From Vicugna vicugna (Eukaryota), in the NCBI GenBank assembly GCA_013265495.1, contig MU058213.1, positions 6,712,066-6,776,002 of the forward strand: a stretch of DNA of 63,937 nt, given 5' to 3'. The translations under genes and the position numbers were made by a program. This document shows, piece after piece, positions 12,670 to 24,849 of the stretch. Under the pieces are notes generated by a model. It had not been told where the DNA came from and searched no databases. It worked only from the letters and a program-made list of their open reading frames with translations. Each line of letters begins with the position of its first letter. The stretch's first letter is position 1.

Positions 12670-12995
12670 GCTCCAGGTTAGGTGTGGGCCAAGAACAAAG
12701 GATGGAGATGAATAAGGTCCTGTCCTTGCCTTTAAGTAGTTCCTGGTCAATCTACCATGGAACAACAAGTAACTGAAACTTGCTATGAAAGATGCTCTCC
12801 CAGCACTTCAGACCAAGTTCTGTGTGGGTAGAGAGGAGAGGGAGGGTGGGAGAGGAAAGAGAACCAGGGACATCTTTGTAATGGTCCTCCTTGAGCTGGG
12901 CTTTAGAGTTGAGTAGACTTTCATGATGGAGGAAAGAGGGGAACTGGAAGGACCTATCAAGCAGAGGGATGAACTTGAGTAAAGCTAAGGTGGTA
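12670..12995 (-). mobile_element. L2 fragment
   Basis: 'gagatgaataaggtcctgtccttgccttt', 'ttgagctgggctttagagttgagtagactt', 'agcagagggatgaacttgagtaaag'. Confidence 0.65.
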
Positions 12996-13473
12996 TGGTA
13001 ACATCCAACTTGTTTGGAGACACAACTCTTTCTTATTCAGCATCACAGATCGGAAACAATCCAAAGTCATTCATGGGGCTTAAAAACAAAATAGTTCTCA
13101 AATAATCTAAACTAGGTGAGTCATTCTCAGACTTCCTGGTGTTATGATGCTGTTGTCCGATGGATTTCCTGACAGCTTTTCCACTTCCTTTTCCAAATTC
13201 TATGTCACTGACTTATTTCCTTTAAAATTTTACATTAATAAAATTGGTATTTTGAAGATTTTTGTGATTTCATTCTTCCATGGGAGATTTTCTAAAATTA
13301 GATAAGACCAAAGGTTGGTCCAGTGGCTTCAAATTGAACTTTATAAGAGTTTTGCAACCAAAGAATAGTAATAAAACATTTTGCATGATCCTGATTAAAA
13401 TGGAAGATTTGAGTTGTTCAGTTTATGACATGATCCTTGGTTACACTTGGAAATAAATGCACTCTTATCTGGT

Positions 13474-13885
13474 GAATTAGTTAATGTGAAGGTAAGCTGC
13501 TGTTGTGAAGAGACCTAACAATACAAGAATTGTGAAAATAGAGAAGTTTATCTTTCTGATGCAATAGTACGAGGCGGGAGCCATATTCAGGATGACCATT
13601 CAAGGACTTAAGACTCCTTCCAAGTTGTTTCCCATCTCATCATCTACACAGCTGAAGCTGGTTGCTAATATGTCCAGAGGAAGGAGAAAGGAAATGTACA
13701 GGACATTTGGTCCCAGAGCAAAAGTGACAAAACCACTTGTCTTCACATCATTAGCAAACACTTAGCCACATGGCCACACTTAACTTCAAAGGAGGCTGGG
13801 CAGCCAGGAGTAGCTGGCATCCAACTCCGTTACTAAGGAGGAAGGAGGGAATGGGATTTGGAGCACAGGTAGCGGTGCCCACCAC
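13474..13885 (-). mobile_element. Old MaLR LTR (MLT1J/M/N-like)
   Basis: 'agaagtttatctttct', 'cattcaaggacttaagactccttcc', 'cttagccacatggccacacttaacttcaaaggaggctggg'. Confidence 0.8.
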
Positions 13886-14530
13886 CATCCACACATCTGG
13901 TCTCCCATATCTGTGCACACCCTCTGCCACCCTCTCTCCAAAGGAGACTATTCCAAGATCCATCAGCTCTAAGGACAGGATATCTGTGAGATTCACCATC
14001 CTCTTGGGATCAGATTTCGTTTCTCAGGGTCAGGCAACTTGTAAATGACAAGACATGTTCTCTGGTCAACCACACACACACAGCAGTGGAGCAGAATCAG
14101 GATAACCACAAGAGCATGTAAAACAGCCATCACTGGCCAAGGACAGTGATTAAATCCTACTGGGGGAAAATAAAAAGTCCCCCCTTCCCTGACATGGAGG
14201 CAATTCTCTGGTAAGATCCTGGATATATTCACCAACAAAAATGTATTTATCTTCCCAGGTGGCCTCTGGCTTCATCCTCTAAAAAGTCCTCCATGTCTTT
14301 CATCCTCCATGGCTATATCTAAAGTGGGTGGTGGGAAGATGCCCTTCTGGTGGCTGAACACCTTTCACAGAGATTCCCTGCTGGTTCCAGTTTCTTGGAT
14401 AATGCTTAAACTTTAGTAAGGTTAGCTGCTTCTGGTTAGTTCCATGTGCCGGTGACCAACACAGTTTTCTATAGACATAGTTTTGAAGCCTGCTTGACCC
14501 ATGGTTTCTCCCTTTCTCTCACTCTTTTCA

Positions 14531-14575
<45 letters not shown>

Positions 14576-14586
14576 CTCTCTCTCTC
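14531..14586. repeat. (TC)n microsatellite
   Basis: Uninterrupted TC run ~14536-14570 plus flanking pyrimidine tract. Confidence 0.95.
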
Positions 14587-15084
14587 CTTTAATAGTGAGT
14601 ATTCTGCAGCCATCTGAAACAAGGCACATAGGCGAGAAGGCAGCACCTTTAGCTTTATCTTGGCCAAAGTCCTTGAGCAGCTACAATTTTATCTCCCGCT
14701 GTTTGGAGGTCCAGAAATAGGTATTTTTTGAGACTTCAGTTTTCTGGGCATCCTCTACTCTCTTCCATCTCTGCTTACATCCTTTCCTAAAATCATCTCT
14801 TTCTTATAACATCTTGCTAAAAGCAAAGCTAATACACATTAGCATGCTGGCTCTTTCCAACCTGTTCCTTGACAGCTATAGTCTTGGTAGTTACGAGGTC
14901 TGTCTTCAAAGGATAACAAGAGATGGTGTTACCAAACAGTAGGTCACGGCATAACAAAGGTCACCAGCTTTCCAGCCTGGAATGCCTGTGTCCTTACCAT
15001 CTGCCACCTGCCAGCTAAGCCAACTCTATGAAATTAGGTTTGGGTGACAGCAACACCACACCTATGATACTAATATCACTATTT

Positions 15085-15548
15085 TTAAGGTTATGCTAAG
15101 ATGCTATAACAAAAAGACCAAAAGAGGGAGTGGCTTCAAGACTATAGGCCTTTGTTTGCTTCTCTTTCCATAACATTCTTTCCATAACAGAATGGTCCAC
15201 AGCGACTGAGCTTTTCTCCTCCTTGAAGTCACATAGGGACAAAGGTTCCTTCTAAGCTATGACTCCACTATCCTCTAGGGACTGTCATTATCTGTGTGAA
15301 AATGGGTCTCAACCATGTCCAGATTTCAGCCAGAGGGAAAGAGAAAGACACCTTGGAGGAGGCTTACCTAAAGTCCAGACAGAGAAATGGCATCCAGCTT
15401 GCATTTTATTGGCAAGAAGAATGTCACATGATCAAACCTAAACGCAAGGGAGGCTGGAAAATGTAGTGTAGCTAAGACTGACAACAAATGTCATACCATG
15501 GATGAAGGGGAGATTGGATTTAGGTGGACAGCTGATAGTTTCTGCACA
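15085..15548 (-). mobile_element. Old MaLR LTR (MLT1J/M/N-like)
   Basis: 'tgctataacaaaaagacc', 'gtcacatgatcaaacctaaacgcaagggaggctggaaaatgtagt', 'gtggacagctgatagtttctgcaca'. Confidence 0.8.
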
Positions 15549-16119
15549 CTACCTAAGGTTGTAAAGGTCTAATTTGTGGACTCCTTTACATTATAATTTC
15601 TTACCAGGCTCTGGGAAGTCCAAAATGGACTTAAACGTCTTTGCTTTACTCACTACTGTCACCTTACTACAGCAGCACACAGTAACTATTGACTGGACGC
15701 CATTGTTAATGGCAATTGATTAGAAAGGAGTTATGATCAAAAACAATAGACTCTCACCACCCTAAACTATAACCAATCAATAAATCTGCACCTTCACAGG
15801 AAAGAGCTAGAGAGCTACACCATCTGAAAAAATACTCCCGTGGAACCTAGGCCAACCTCTGTAGAACTCCAAGGTTCCACTGAACACAGTGTGCAGCCCT
15901 TAAAACCACTCAAAGGACAGGGTCGAAGGCTTGTCAAGAATTCACCCTGTGATTTAGACTCATGAGCAAATCTCTACTTCTGCAAATAGCATAGTGCAAG
16001 CAATTTTTCAGCTGAGGATTAGGAGAGCTGAAAATTTTGATGGGAGTAGAATATTTTAGTATCCATAAGCAAATCCCTGCCTTCAACCTGCAAGATAGTC
16101 TTCAGCTGTCCTACCATGA

Positions 16120-16562
16120 CAGGCAAGGCTTTTGACAACCTGACCCCAGCCTCTATTTCCCATCCCAACTCCAACACTTCCTTCCACCATGAACCACGTG
16201 CTATCTTCTGAGCATATCATAACCTTTCATACCCTTATCCCTGTGCACACACTGCTTTTCCCCCTTTGTCAGGAATGCCTTTCTCCTTTATTTTTGCAAC
16301 TCTGCCCTTCCTAATGGTTACCATGTCCATCAAATCTTTCCTGATCTTTTCAACCTCATGTGTTTTTATTCTTCCATGGTTGCTTTTCCTTATGACACAT
16401 TACATTCTACCCTAGAACATTTGCTTGCTTCCTTGATGAACTCTCCAAACTAGACATTCAATTCCTCTAGGTCAGGGACTGGCTCTCTCACCTCTTCATC
16501 CCTGCCATGTCTAGCCTAGCATCTTGAGGTTGTAGGTACTCAAAATAAGTTTCCTAAATGAC
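16120..16562 (+). mobile_element. L2 3' end
   Basis: 'ggaatgcctttctcc', 'actagacattcaattcctctaggtcagggactgg', 'gtaggtactcaaaataagtttcctaaatga'. Confidence 0.75.
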
Positions 16563-18798
16563 CACTCCAATCAGAAGTCTTGGGACACTATATATAAGTT
16601 TAAATCCAATCCCTCTTTAGGGAAGAGAAAGTATTTCCTGAGATGCCTAGGTAGTCAGTGACTTATGTGTATTCATGGTATGATTTTAGATTTAGCAGCA
16701 AGGCATTACAGTCCAAACATAAACGTATTCAACTATTCATGTAACATATTCTTTGTAAAGTGTTTGGATTAAAAAAATTCTTTGAGCAGCTCCCATCACA
16801 GGTACAAGGAATCCAATATTGAACACAACAAGCTTGGCCCTTCTCCTCGAGGGGCTTATGATGCTGTCAGAGAGCCATCAAATCCATTACCGACTACAGA
16901 CACTAACTGGAAGCCCATTATACACAAGGCATCAGGACAGGGCGGCTGTGCCCTCGCTGGGATGTGGGGAAGGAAGCATCCGGAGACAGCTCACACACAG
17001 AGTCAGGATCGAGCCGAGGAGACAGAACATATAAAAAAACAAAAATGAAAAAAACTGATTAGCAATGTGCTCCTTACCAACTAGGAAATCAGTCATCAGG
17101 GGAGGCAGGTCGCTGGAGGCAGGATTGCTCGCTAAGACTGGGTAAGTCTGAAAGACATCGTGGAATCTGAGGGACTTGTTCTAGGCCTTGGCACAAGGCT
17201 GGGCTTGGGTGAGGGAGTAGGAAGGCATTCCAGGAAGTGAGAGAAGAATGTATGTACAGTGAATTTAAGAGAAAACAAAGCAACTTTCTAGAAGCAAAGC
17301 CTCCACCCATCCCCTCTGTGTAATTCAGCACTCACAACGTGCAGTGCACTGGCAAGGTGCTGGATGGCTGTACAAGGGTGGAGGGTGTGGTCCTTCCTTC
17401 AGAGAAGTTACAGGCTGGACCTGGGCAAAAAGGAGCCAGAGTCAAGGTAGTATTTCACTCTTGCTGTCATCCCGTTCTCTGCTTCGACTTAAGTGGGGAG
17501 AGCATTGTCTCCAGGAGAACACTGTGAGAGGCACTTCTGCTTCCTGGTGATGGAGGGAGGACACTGAGGAGGCTGGTACCCAGCTGATGACTTGTCTCAT
17601 TAGCCAGCTAGAGTGAAGGTAGACATTAAACAGTGATGTTCAATAGAGACAGGGATCTAGCTGGATAATCAAGGGCCGGCAGGTTGGGTGGAGATCCAGA
17701 AACTTCCTCTCCCACTCCCCACTCTCAGAACTGCTGGCCGTCCCTTCCCCTAATTCCTTCCAGAACAGCTCTTCCTCCATTCTCCTCTTGTGCTTAACCA
17801 TGACTCACAGAGCTTAGAAAAAAGAGTCACTTTATAAAATGTCAGATGAAATAAGGAGTCACCTTAGTTCTGAAATGCCTCCTTCAAGGAGACAAAGGTA
17901 ATCAGCACCTGAGTGAGATGGGAACTATCACGTGTATAGAAAAACATATCCCCTCATTTTCTGTCGTCCCTCTTACCCTTCCTGCCTTGGCCCAGGCAGG
18001 GCCAATGGCTCAGTCAACATGCTAAATGTATTTCTTGTACATAAGGAACCTTAAAGCTCTAATCATTTTCCTTCGCTCTTTCTTTTCTTATGCAGATAAA
18101 AAAATCCATTGTGGTTCTAACTTTTGATCAGAATTATTCTAGAAGAGCATACATTCTCATGAATGACCTCCTGTGTCTTGAAGAGATCATTTTCTTGATA
18201 AGCCCCCTGACTCCTTTTTCGCAAGTCTGGCAGCATAGTTTATTGGCTTTGTAATATGAAGCTCGCGCCACTAGGGACTGAGCTAAGATCACCAAAGTAT
18301 TTCCCATACATCCTTAGTTGAGCTTTGAATCACAAAAGTAGTAGAGGGCCCAGCATGGTATCTCCTCCGAAATGAGCAATCCCTTAATTAAACAGAAGTA
18401 AATAGAGGTTACAACGTGTTCCGTAATTAAATGGATGTAAATGCCCAATCACTGTGCTTTCCACACACATCAATTTTGCATCATCTCATTTTCCTGTTTG
18501 CCCAGTGGAAATGGAAATTCTGAGGCTGTGTTTTGGTCAAAATCTCCCAAGTGTGCCTGCCAGGCTGGGCGTTCAATCATGAATATTTACCTGCTGGTTC
18601 ACAGAAATCTGTAGCTGGTGTCTACTCTCCCTTCCTTTGGTATCTGTGGGCGTAGGAATTACTGTGAACCTTACATTACCGGACCATCAAAGAGAACTGC
18701 CTTTGCCCAACAAAGCATCTTGACTCCTGCCTTGGGAAAACACACCTGGAGACACAAGGTGAAGGGTGTGGCATGGAAGGGACATTTAACATAAAAAC

Positions 18799-19040
18799 TT
18801 GCAGATATTAACAGATATATATATAGAAAAGATAAACAACAAGTTCATGCTGTATGGCACTGGGAACTATATTTGATATCTTGTAGTAACTTGCGGTGAA
18901 AAACAATACGAAAATGAATGTATGTATGTTTATGTGTGACTGAAGCATTGTGCTGTACACCAGAAATTAACATGACATTGTAAATTGATTATACTTCAGT
19001 TAAACATACACACACCACCACCACCACCACCAGCAAAAAA
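18799..19040 (+). mobile_element. 5'-truncated L1 3' UTR; tail decayed to (CA)/(CAC) repeat
   Basis: 'ttgcagatattaac...gataaacaacaag...tgtgctgtacaccagaaatt...tgtaaattgattatacttca'. Confidence 0.9.
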
Positions 19041-19174
19041 CCCTGAGCCCTCCGTATCTAGTGGCATTGGAGCACCCTCAGAGTCACAATGCCTCATGCC
19101 TACTGCCTTTCTTTAAACCCAGTCTCCAGTTCAGGCAAATTCTTCCTGGGCATTGGAAATACAATTCACGATAT

Positions 19175-19550
19175 CTAGGATGGCTAACTTTTAAGTGCCC
19201 AGTAGGTTGGTCGAACACTGGTCTGCATGTTGCTGTGAAGGTATTTTGTAGTTATCACTAACACTGACAATCAGTTGGCTTTAAGTAAAGGAGATGACCC
19301 TCCATAACGTGGGTAGGCTCATCCAATCCAGTGAAGACCCTAAGAGTGAAAACTGAGGTTTCCTGGAGAAGGAATTCTGCCTCAAGGCTGTAACACAGAA
19401 CTCCTGTTTCTAGCCCGCCAGCCTAAACCACACATTTCAGACTTGCCAGTCTCTACAGATCGCGTGAGTCAATTCAAGAGTGAAAGTCATTCTCTATGTA
19501 CCTATACACCCTGTTGGTTCTCTTTCTCTGTAGAATTTGTCTAAATAAGA
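19175..19550 (+). mobile_element. ERVL solo LTR (MLT2-like)
   Basis: 'tgttgctgtgaaggtattttgtag', 'ctttaagtaaaggagatgaccctccataacgtgggtaggctcatccaatc', 'ccctgttggttctctttctctg'. Confidence 0.9.
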
Positions 19551-20127
19551 TGGGAACATCCTACTTCTGATTTAGAGCGAGTAGCCCAATCCAGTCACTG
19601 CTTAAAGCAAGCCAACTGGTGGTGCCCTGCAAACTGCTCGGGGTGGGTAGGAATGGGGTGGAGAGGGCTGAGCCGTGCACACGTCACTCAAAGTGGTGAC
19701 CGTACTTGGGTGGCTCTCACCTCCTTGCTAGCTCGGGCGAGGCCAGCGACTCACCAGCTATGAATTGGATGGTTATCAGAGGACAGTAGTGGGTTAACAA
19801 GACTTTAACTGAGTCAAACTGTTAATTGGAATAGAATCCATCTCAATTTATTCCTAGAAACAGTTCTGCTTTTCCAAGGCATTAGGAATAAATTGAGGTG
19901 GATCCCGTTCCAATTAGAATTTATGATTAAGATCATCATTTCAGGAGGACAAGCTAAGCAAAGCCACGTGCATTTGAAAATCTATATGACTGAGGGGTCT
20001 GAAATTAGGTTACTTGTGAGGAGAAAGTCTCAACGACCCAATCGCCCTACTGATTTTTCCCCCAGCCCCCAAATTTCCAGCAAAGTGACCGATATTTGAA
20101 GGTTAGGTTCAAGGAGTCTTTTTCACT

Positions 20128-20240
20128 GAATCACAGGATTTCAGAGCTAGAAGGAACCTTTTACAAATGAGGGAACTAAGTGCAGAGAAGAGAAATGACT
20201 TGCTCCACAGTGATGACAACCAGGGTGCCTGATTCACCAT
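20128..20240 (-). mobile_element. MIR/MIR3 fragment
   Basis: 'tttcagagctagaaggaaccttttacaaatgagggaactaag...aaatgacttgc'. Confidence 0.65.
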
Positions 20241-20524
20241 CTTCCTCCAGAGGGATGGGCACGCTCTCCACTTCAGCCTCAAGAGAAAAATGAGTCAAGA
20301 GTTGAAACCACTCTTTGGGCAGCCTCTGTTTTCCTCTCTAAAATCATTATTGAAAAGCTAATGTGCCTTTTAGCTTCTGAGTAGTGAGGTCCAGCTCCAT
20401 CACCTGAACGGAAACCCATATGCATCAGGACCTACCATGGGCCACACAGTCTGATAGTAACCTAGAAGATCTTCTCCGAAGACCTCCTCCTCACCTAGCA
20501 CTGTCCAAATACTGTATGCAAGTC

Positions 20525-20790
20525 TTGACAACACTCCTATTTTTATTCCCTATTTACACAAGAGGAAACTGAGGCAGAGAGAAGTCAAGCAACTTACGCA
20601 GAAGCACATGGAGAGTAAGTGGCAGAGCTAAACCATGAATCTAGGCGGTGTGGGGTCAACACTGACATTCACCATTGTGCTGTTCCAGGCCAGCTCCCAC
20701 TCAATCTTCACACTTTTATCTTGGTGATATTATTCTTGCCATTTTGCAGATTAGAAAAGCAAGGCTCAGGAAATGTGAAGAACCGGTGGG
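20525..20790 (-). mobile_element. MIR SINE fragments (two adjacent)
   Basis: 'tttacacaagaggaaactgaggcagagagaagtcaagcaactt' and 'cattttgcagattagaaaagcaaggctcag'. Confidence 0.75.
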
Positions 20791-21057
20791 AGAGCAATGA
20801 GTTAGCTGTTTTGTAGACTATCTGCCCCAGATCCTACTGCTACATGACTCACCAGCGATTTTCTCCCGATGGCCCCACACTCTCCCACCCTCTCTCTGAC
20901 TGCATGTATGACTTTAACAATTGATTTCCCGAATGAATGCTTCCATTAATGTTTCCGGGTAGATGAAAGCCAGTTCTTTATTTGCGGAGAGGTGTTTGGG
21001 CCAACGTCTTGCTGTGCTTCAGTCCTGAGCAAAGCACATACAGGTCATTCCAGCCCA

Positions 21058-21227
21058 TGAGTGTTTTCCAAACTTCCCTGGAAACAATCACCTTGTTAAA
21101 TACAAACTCCAAGATCCCATCCCAGACTCAGGCATTTCTAAACCCCATGCAACAGGCCTCGAAAGCACCGTGACTGACAAGCGTCCCCGTGTGAGTCTGT
21201 TCCTCGGAGAAATTGGGGAATGCTGGC
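21058..21227. mobile_element. hAT-Charlie MITE (MER5-like)
   Basis: 'agtgttttccaaactt...aatcaccttgttaaataca...acaagcgtcccc...aattggggaatgctg'. Confidence 0.6.
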
Positions 21228-21304
21228 TAGAAAGGACCTTTTGTTACCTCCTCCAGCACCGAAATTAAATGGGAGCACAATGTCAGCCAGACTCGCCTTT
21301 GAAT

Positions 21305-21530
21305 ACGTGGGTTTTACATCAGAAACACTTGATTTGGTTCACGCTCCCTGACTCACAACTTCACATTCTCAGATAAGTCAACTGATCTTTTGATGCCTCA
21401 GTTCTTCTCTATAAAGTGGGAATAATAACGGTGTCTATCTCACGGCGTTGTTCTGAGGAAGAGATGAGATAAAGCATAAAAAGCACCTAGCAGAGTGCCT
21501 GTCATAGAGGCAGGAATCAATAGACATGAA
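21305..21530 (+). mobile_element. MIR SINE
   Basis: 'gcctcagttcttctctataaagtgggaataataac...gttgttctgagg...aaagcacctagcagagtgcctg'. Confidence 0.85.
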
Positions 21531-22867
21531 ATATGCCTTTATTCTCATTTCTCCTGGTCTCAGGAATGGAACGTTCGTTCCAGGGGATTCAGTATCTAGT
21601 TCTCACAGGGGCAGTTTCAGCCTTTAGCAGTAGGCGCAAAAGTCAAGTGGCAGGAAAGGGCACAGGGGTCCTTCGGGTCCCTTGAAAGCATCGCACACAC
21701 ACCTGTGGGGACACTAAAGCCACGAAGGGCACACCTGAGCTCCAGGCTGCACGGGCTCCCACTTCTCCCGGGGGCACAGGGCTCACCTCTGCAGCCAGGC
21801 AGAGTGCCCACAGTTCCTATGAGGACTCAGGGCAAATCCATCGACCTTAAAGAGCTCCCAGAGGTCCTGGAAAGTGGAGACCTGGGGAAAAATGTCTCCT
21901 TGTGGCTGAGCTGGCCCTGTATCCTCAAGAGCGAGGAAATCCTGGGGTCTGTGCCTGCTGAGTAGCTCTCAGGTCTGGCTCAGTCAGAAGCATCTCCTCT
22001 AAGTCAGCTCAAGGCTGAACCCCACACCCAAACCTATAAGGCAGGGGAGGGCAGGGCCGTATCGATTCATTCACTTCCACACATTTTTATCTGTCCCTGT
22101 GATGGACTAGACCCTGTGCTAGCTCTCTGGAGTTTACTGCCTAACAAGCAAGGGTTACATGGTGTGAATATAATGAGGGGTAACCTCGGAGTGCCTCAGA
22201 AAGTCATTTCCAATTCTGTTTTGAGTCCTCAGTGCAGGGACTGGGTCACGTGGCTCCTGCCGACACCCCCCAGCTTTGTCTCGTGCCTCTCTCCCACTTG
22301 CTGACTGCACGCCAGCCACCAGGCTTCGTTCTGTTCAGTGAACAGATCAAGCTCTTTTTGAGCTCAGGATCAGGCTCTCTCCCCAAGCTTGCCCCTCCTC
22401 TGGTCCGGATCTCTTAGCTGTCCCTTCTGCAGGGAGTCAACCCTGGATCTCCAGACCAGGAGCCCTCCAGTCATCTCTATCTCTGTGTCCTCAGCACCCA
22501 GCATTGCACCTGGTTTATGTGGTATCAGAACTGCGTATTTTTCACCTGAATATTTAATAGCTCATCTTTGATTCTCTCTTTTCTCTTGTCCCATATATTC
22601 AAGTGACAGATGAGCCCAGGTCTCTGCCATCACTAAAAAAAACTTTTCTATCTGCTTCCAGATGCTAAACTTTTATAGCAAAAATCCTGGCAGATGCTGT
22701 GAAATTACAGACTCTCTCTTAGCAGGAGCCAACTTGAATCCTTCTTTTGGGGTGGGGTTGTCTCTCCCACCAGAAATAGTAAAGCAGCACTTTAGTAGGA
22801 GAAACAGACCTAACAAGTTTTTTACTATTGGTTGTGGTGGTGTTTTTAACAGCAAATCTTTTTCCTC

Positions 22868-23281
22868 CCAGTATTCGCTGGTGACCTGAAGCTAATTGTT
22901 GAATTTTGGAGCATTTTGTGAGCTGACTGTTAGACCCAGACATAATTTAAAATTATATAAATGTGCAATTAAATAAATTGGATTGAAACCAAGGGTAATA
23001 AATATGCAAAGCTCATTGCCTCCTAGTCATTCTATGACACTTTCATGTTACCTACGCTCTTGAGGTTATTTACATCTCTTGTGTCCAGGTGGTGGTGGAC
23101 ATACCATGTAATGCTGTGTGACTGCCTCTCTCTTCCTGAGTCTGCACTTAGTGACATCATGTAGGCAGCCTGAAATCCACATGGTGAGGACATTTACCAA
23201 GAAAATTGGCAAGTGTTACAAACCAGGGCTTATTAATCTTTTTAGGGAGCTTGTCTTTAAGCATCTACCAGTACACCACTG
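22868..23281. mobile_element. hAT-Blackjack element (MER63-like)
   Basis: 'agtgacatcatgtaggcagcctgaaatc', 'gaaaattggcaagtgttacaaaccagggc', terminal 'taccagtacaccactg'. Confidence 0.8.
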
Positions 23282-24319
23282 CCACTAACCAGAGATGAAC
23301 AAGGTCAGTTCCTGATTCCCAGAAGTGGCAGAAACACACACATGCACACATACCGTGAACCAAGACAGAAGGCATGCATTAAACAGAGCCATGGGCAGCG
23401 ACCAGGAAGTGGCTAGGATCTAATTGATTTGCCTTCATCCATGGGACATAAGATGAAGATTCACACTGGAGACCCAGACATCTTCTTTCTCACCTAACTA
23501 GTTTTTTGGAGCCATACTAATTAATTACTCAGAAAGATCTTTATGTAGGCACCGACTTTTAGCCTGTGATTGATTTCCACGCTTACTTTCAGGTGAAGTG
23601 CTTAGTTTCTCCCTCTGTCAGAAGGAGACCAATAGGTACAGGTCAGACTGAATGTATCGCAGAGCTTGGAATGGCTCCAAAGATGGGTGCTGAGAACCAG
23701 GCACTCCACACGGTCAGTCATAACTTGGCCCATTCATTACTGGAGCTCAGTAAAATGTGGCTTGATTTTTTTTGCCAAAAGATTTACCAATTTGAAGCAG
23801 CAGCCTTCAAAACCAAGATAAAATATTAATAGTATTAAAAACCTATTCAACTCAATTTTTGTGATTATAGTGGCCAAGAAACCCTAAAAAATGTTAAAAG
23901 ATGGGTGGGGAGTTCTAAGCCAACCAAGCTGCTAGGGTTGATGTGCAGAGTGGTCTCCGAGCTCTGAGTGGAGGAGAGGATTCTCAGTTCCTTTCTCACC
24001 AGTCTTCCTGGGGTTGTCAAGGGATGCTTTGTTGAACTCTTAACAGTTTTACTCCAGTTTAACCTATCTATTTGTTTGTAGCACTTGAAGAGATAAAGGT
24101 CAGCCATTTTCAGTTCTTAAATTCTATCTACACACCTATGTGTGTATAAATACATTTACATATTTGTATATTTTTATATAGATGTGTATATATATATAAG
24201 GAAAAGATATTAAGGGAGGACAGAAGAGTAGGAGGAAAAGGAAAGGAAGGGACAGGGAGAAGAGAGAGAGGGAGTGAGCAGGGTAAGCTCAGGCAAAGGT
24301 GGGGGACAATGCAGTCAGG

Positions 24320-24508
24320 TTTGGGAGCAACAGGGGTCTTAGATTTGAATCCCAGCTCTTCTACCTGCATCAGTTATGAATCCAATCTCAGCCTCAGTTT
24401 TCTTATCTGCAAAATGGGAATGAGAAAACCCATGCTGCCAGGTTTTCCAGAGAATCAGGTGAGCCCAGATGTGTAAAGAACAGTCCAAGTGTGTGCACTT
24501 AGTAAGTG
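24320..24508 (+). mobile_element. MIR SINE
   Basis: 'tttgaatcccagctcttctac...gcctcagttttcttatctgcaaaatggga'. Confidence 0.85.
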
Positions 24509-24849
24509 TGGACGCCCTGGAGTCCTGGGCGAGCAGGGGTGATGTATCTCTTCTAAAGCACACTCTTTCTCCACTGTGTCCTGGGTTTGGCTTCCCCAGA
24601 AAATCAAGTGAAAGTATCCACCCACCTGAGAAGACAGCACCGGCAGGTGCTGGAGGATGCAGAGGATGCCGGGATTCCCGTGGTCCCATCCTGCCCGTCA
24701 TCAGCGCTCTGCGGAGGCACCGCCAGCCACCAATGAACTCTCCACAAAGACAGTTTGCTTCGCAGGGATCTCCATCCATAACCTTTACTGGTCTCTGTAG
24801 AGTCATTACGACCATTAGGCTGTGGACTCAGCACTGCTTTAGCTCTTAA

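Noticed and set aside
18265..18280. CTCF-like 'gccactagggactg' (and 'ctgccctagtggc' at ~8424)
   Set aside because: The 3' GGC part of the core is not matched.
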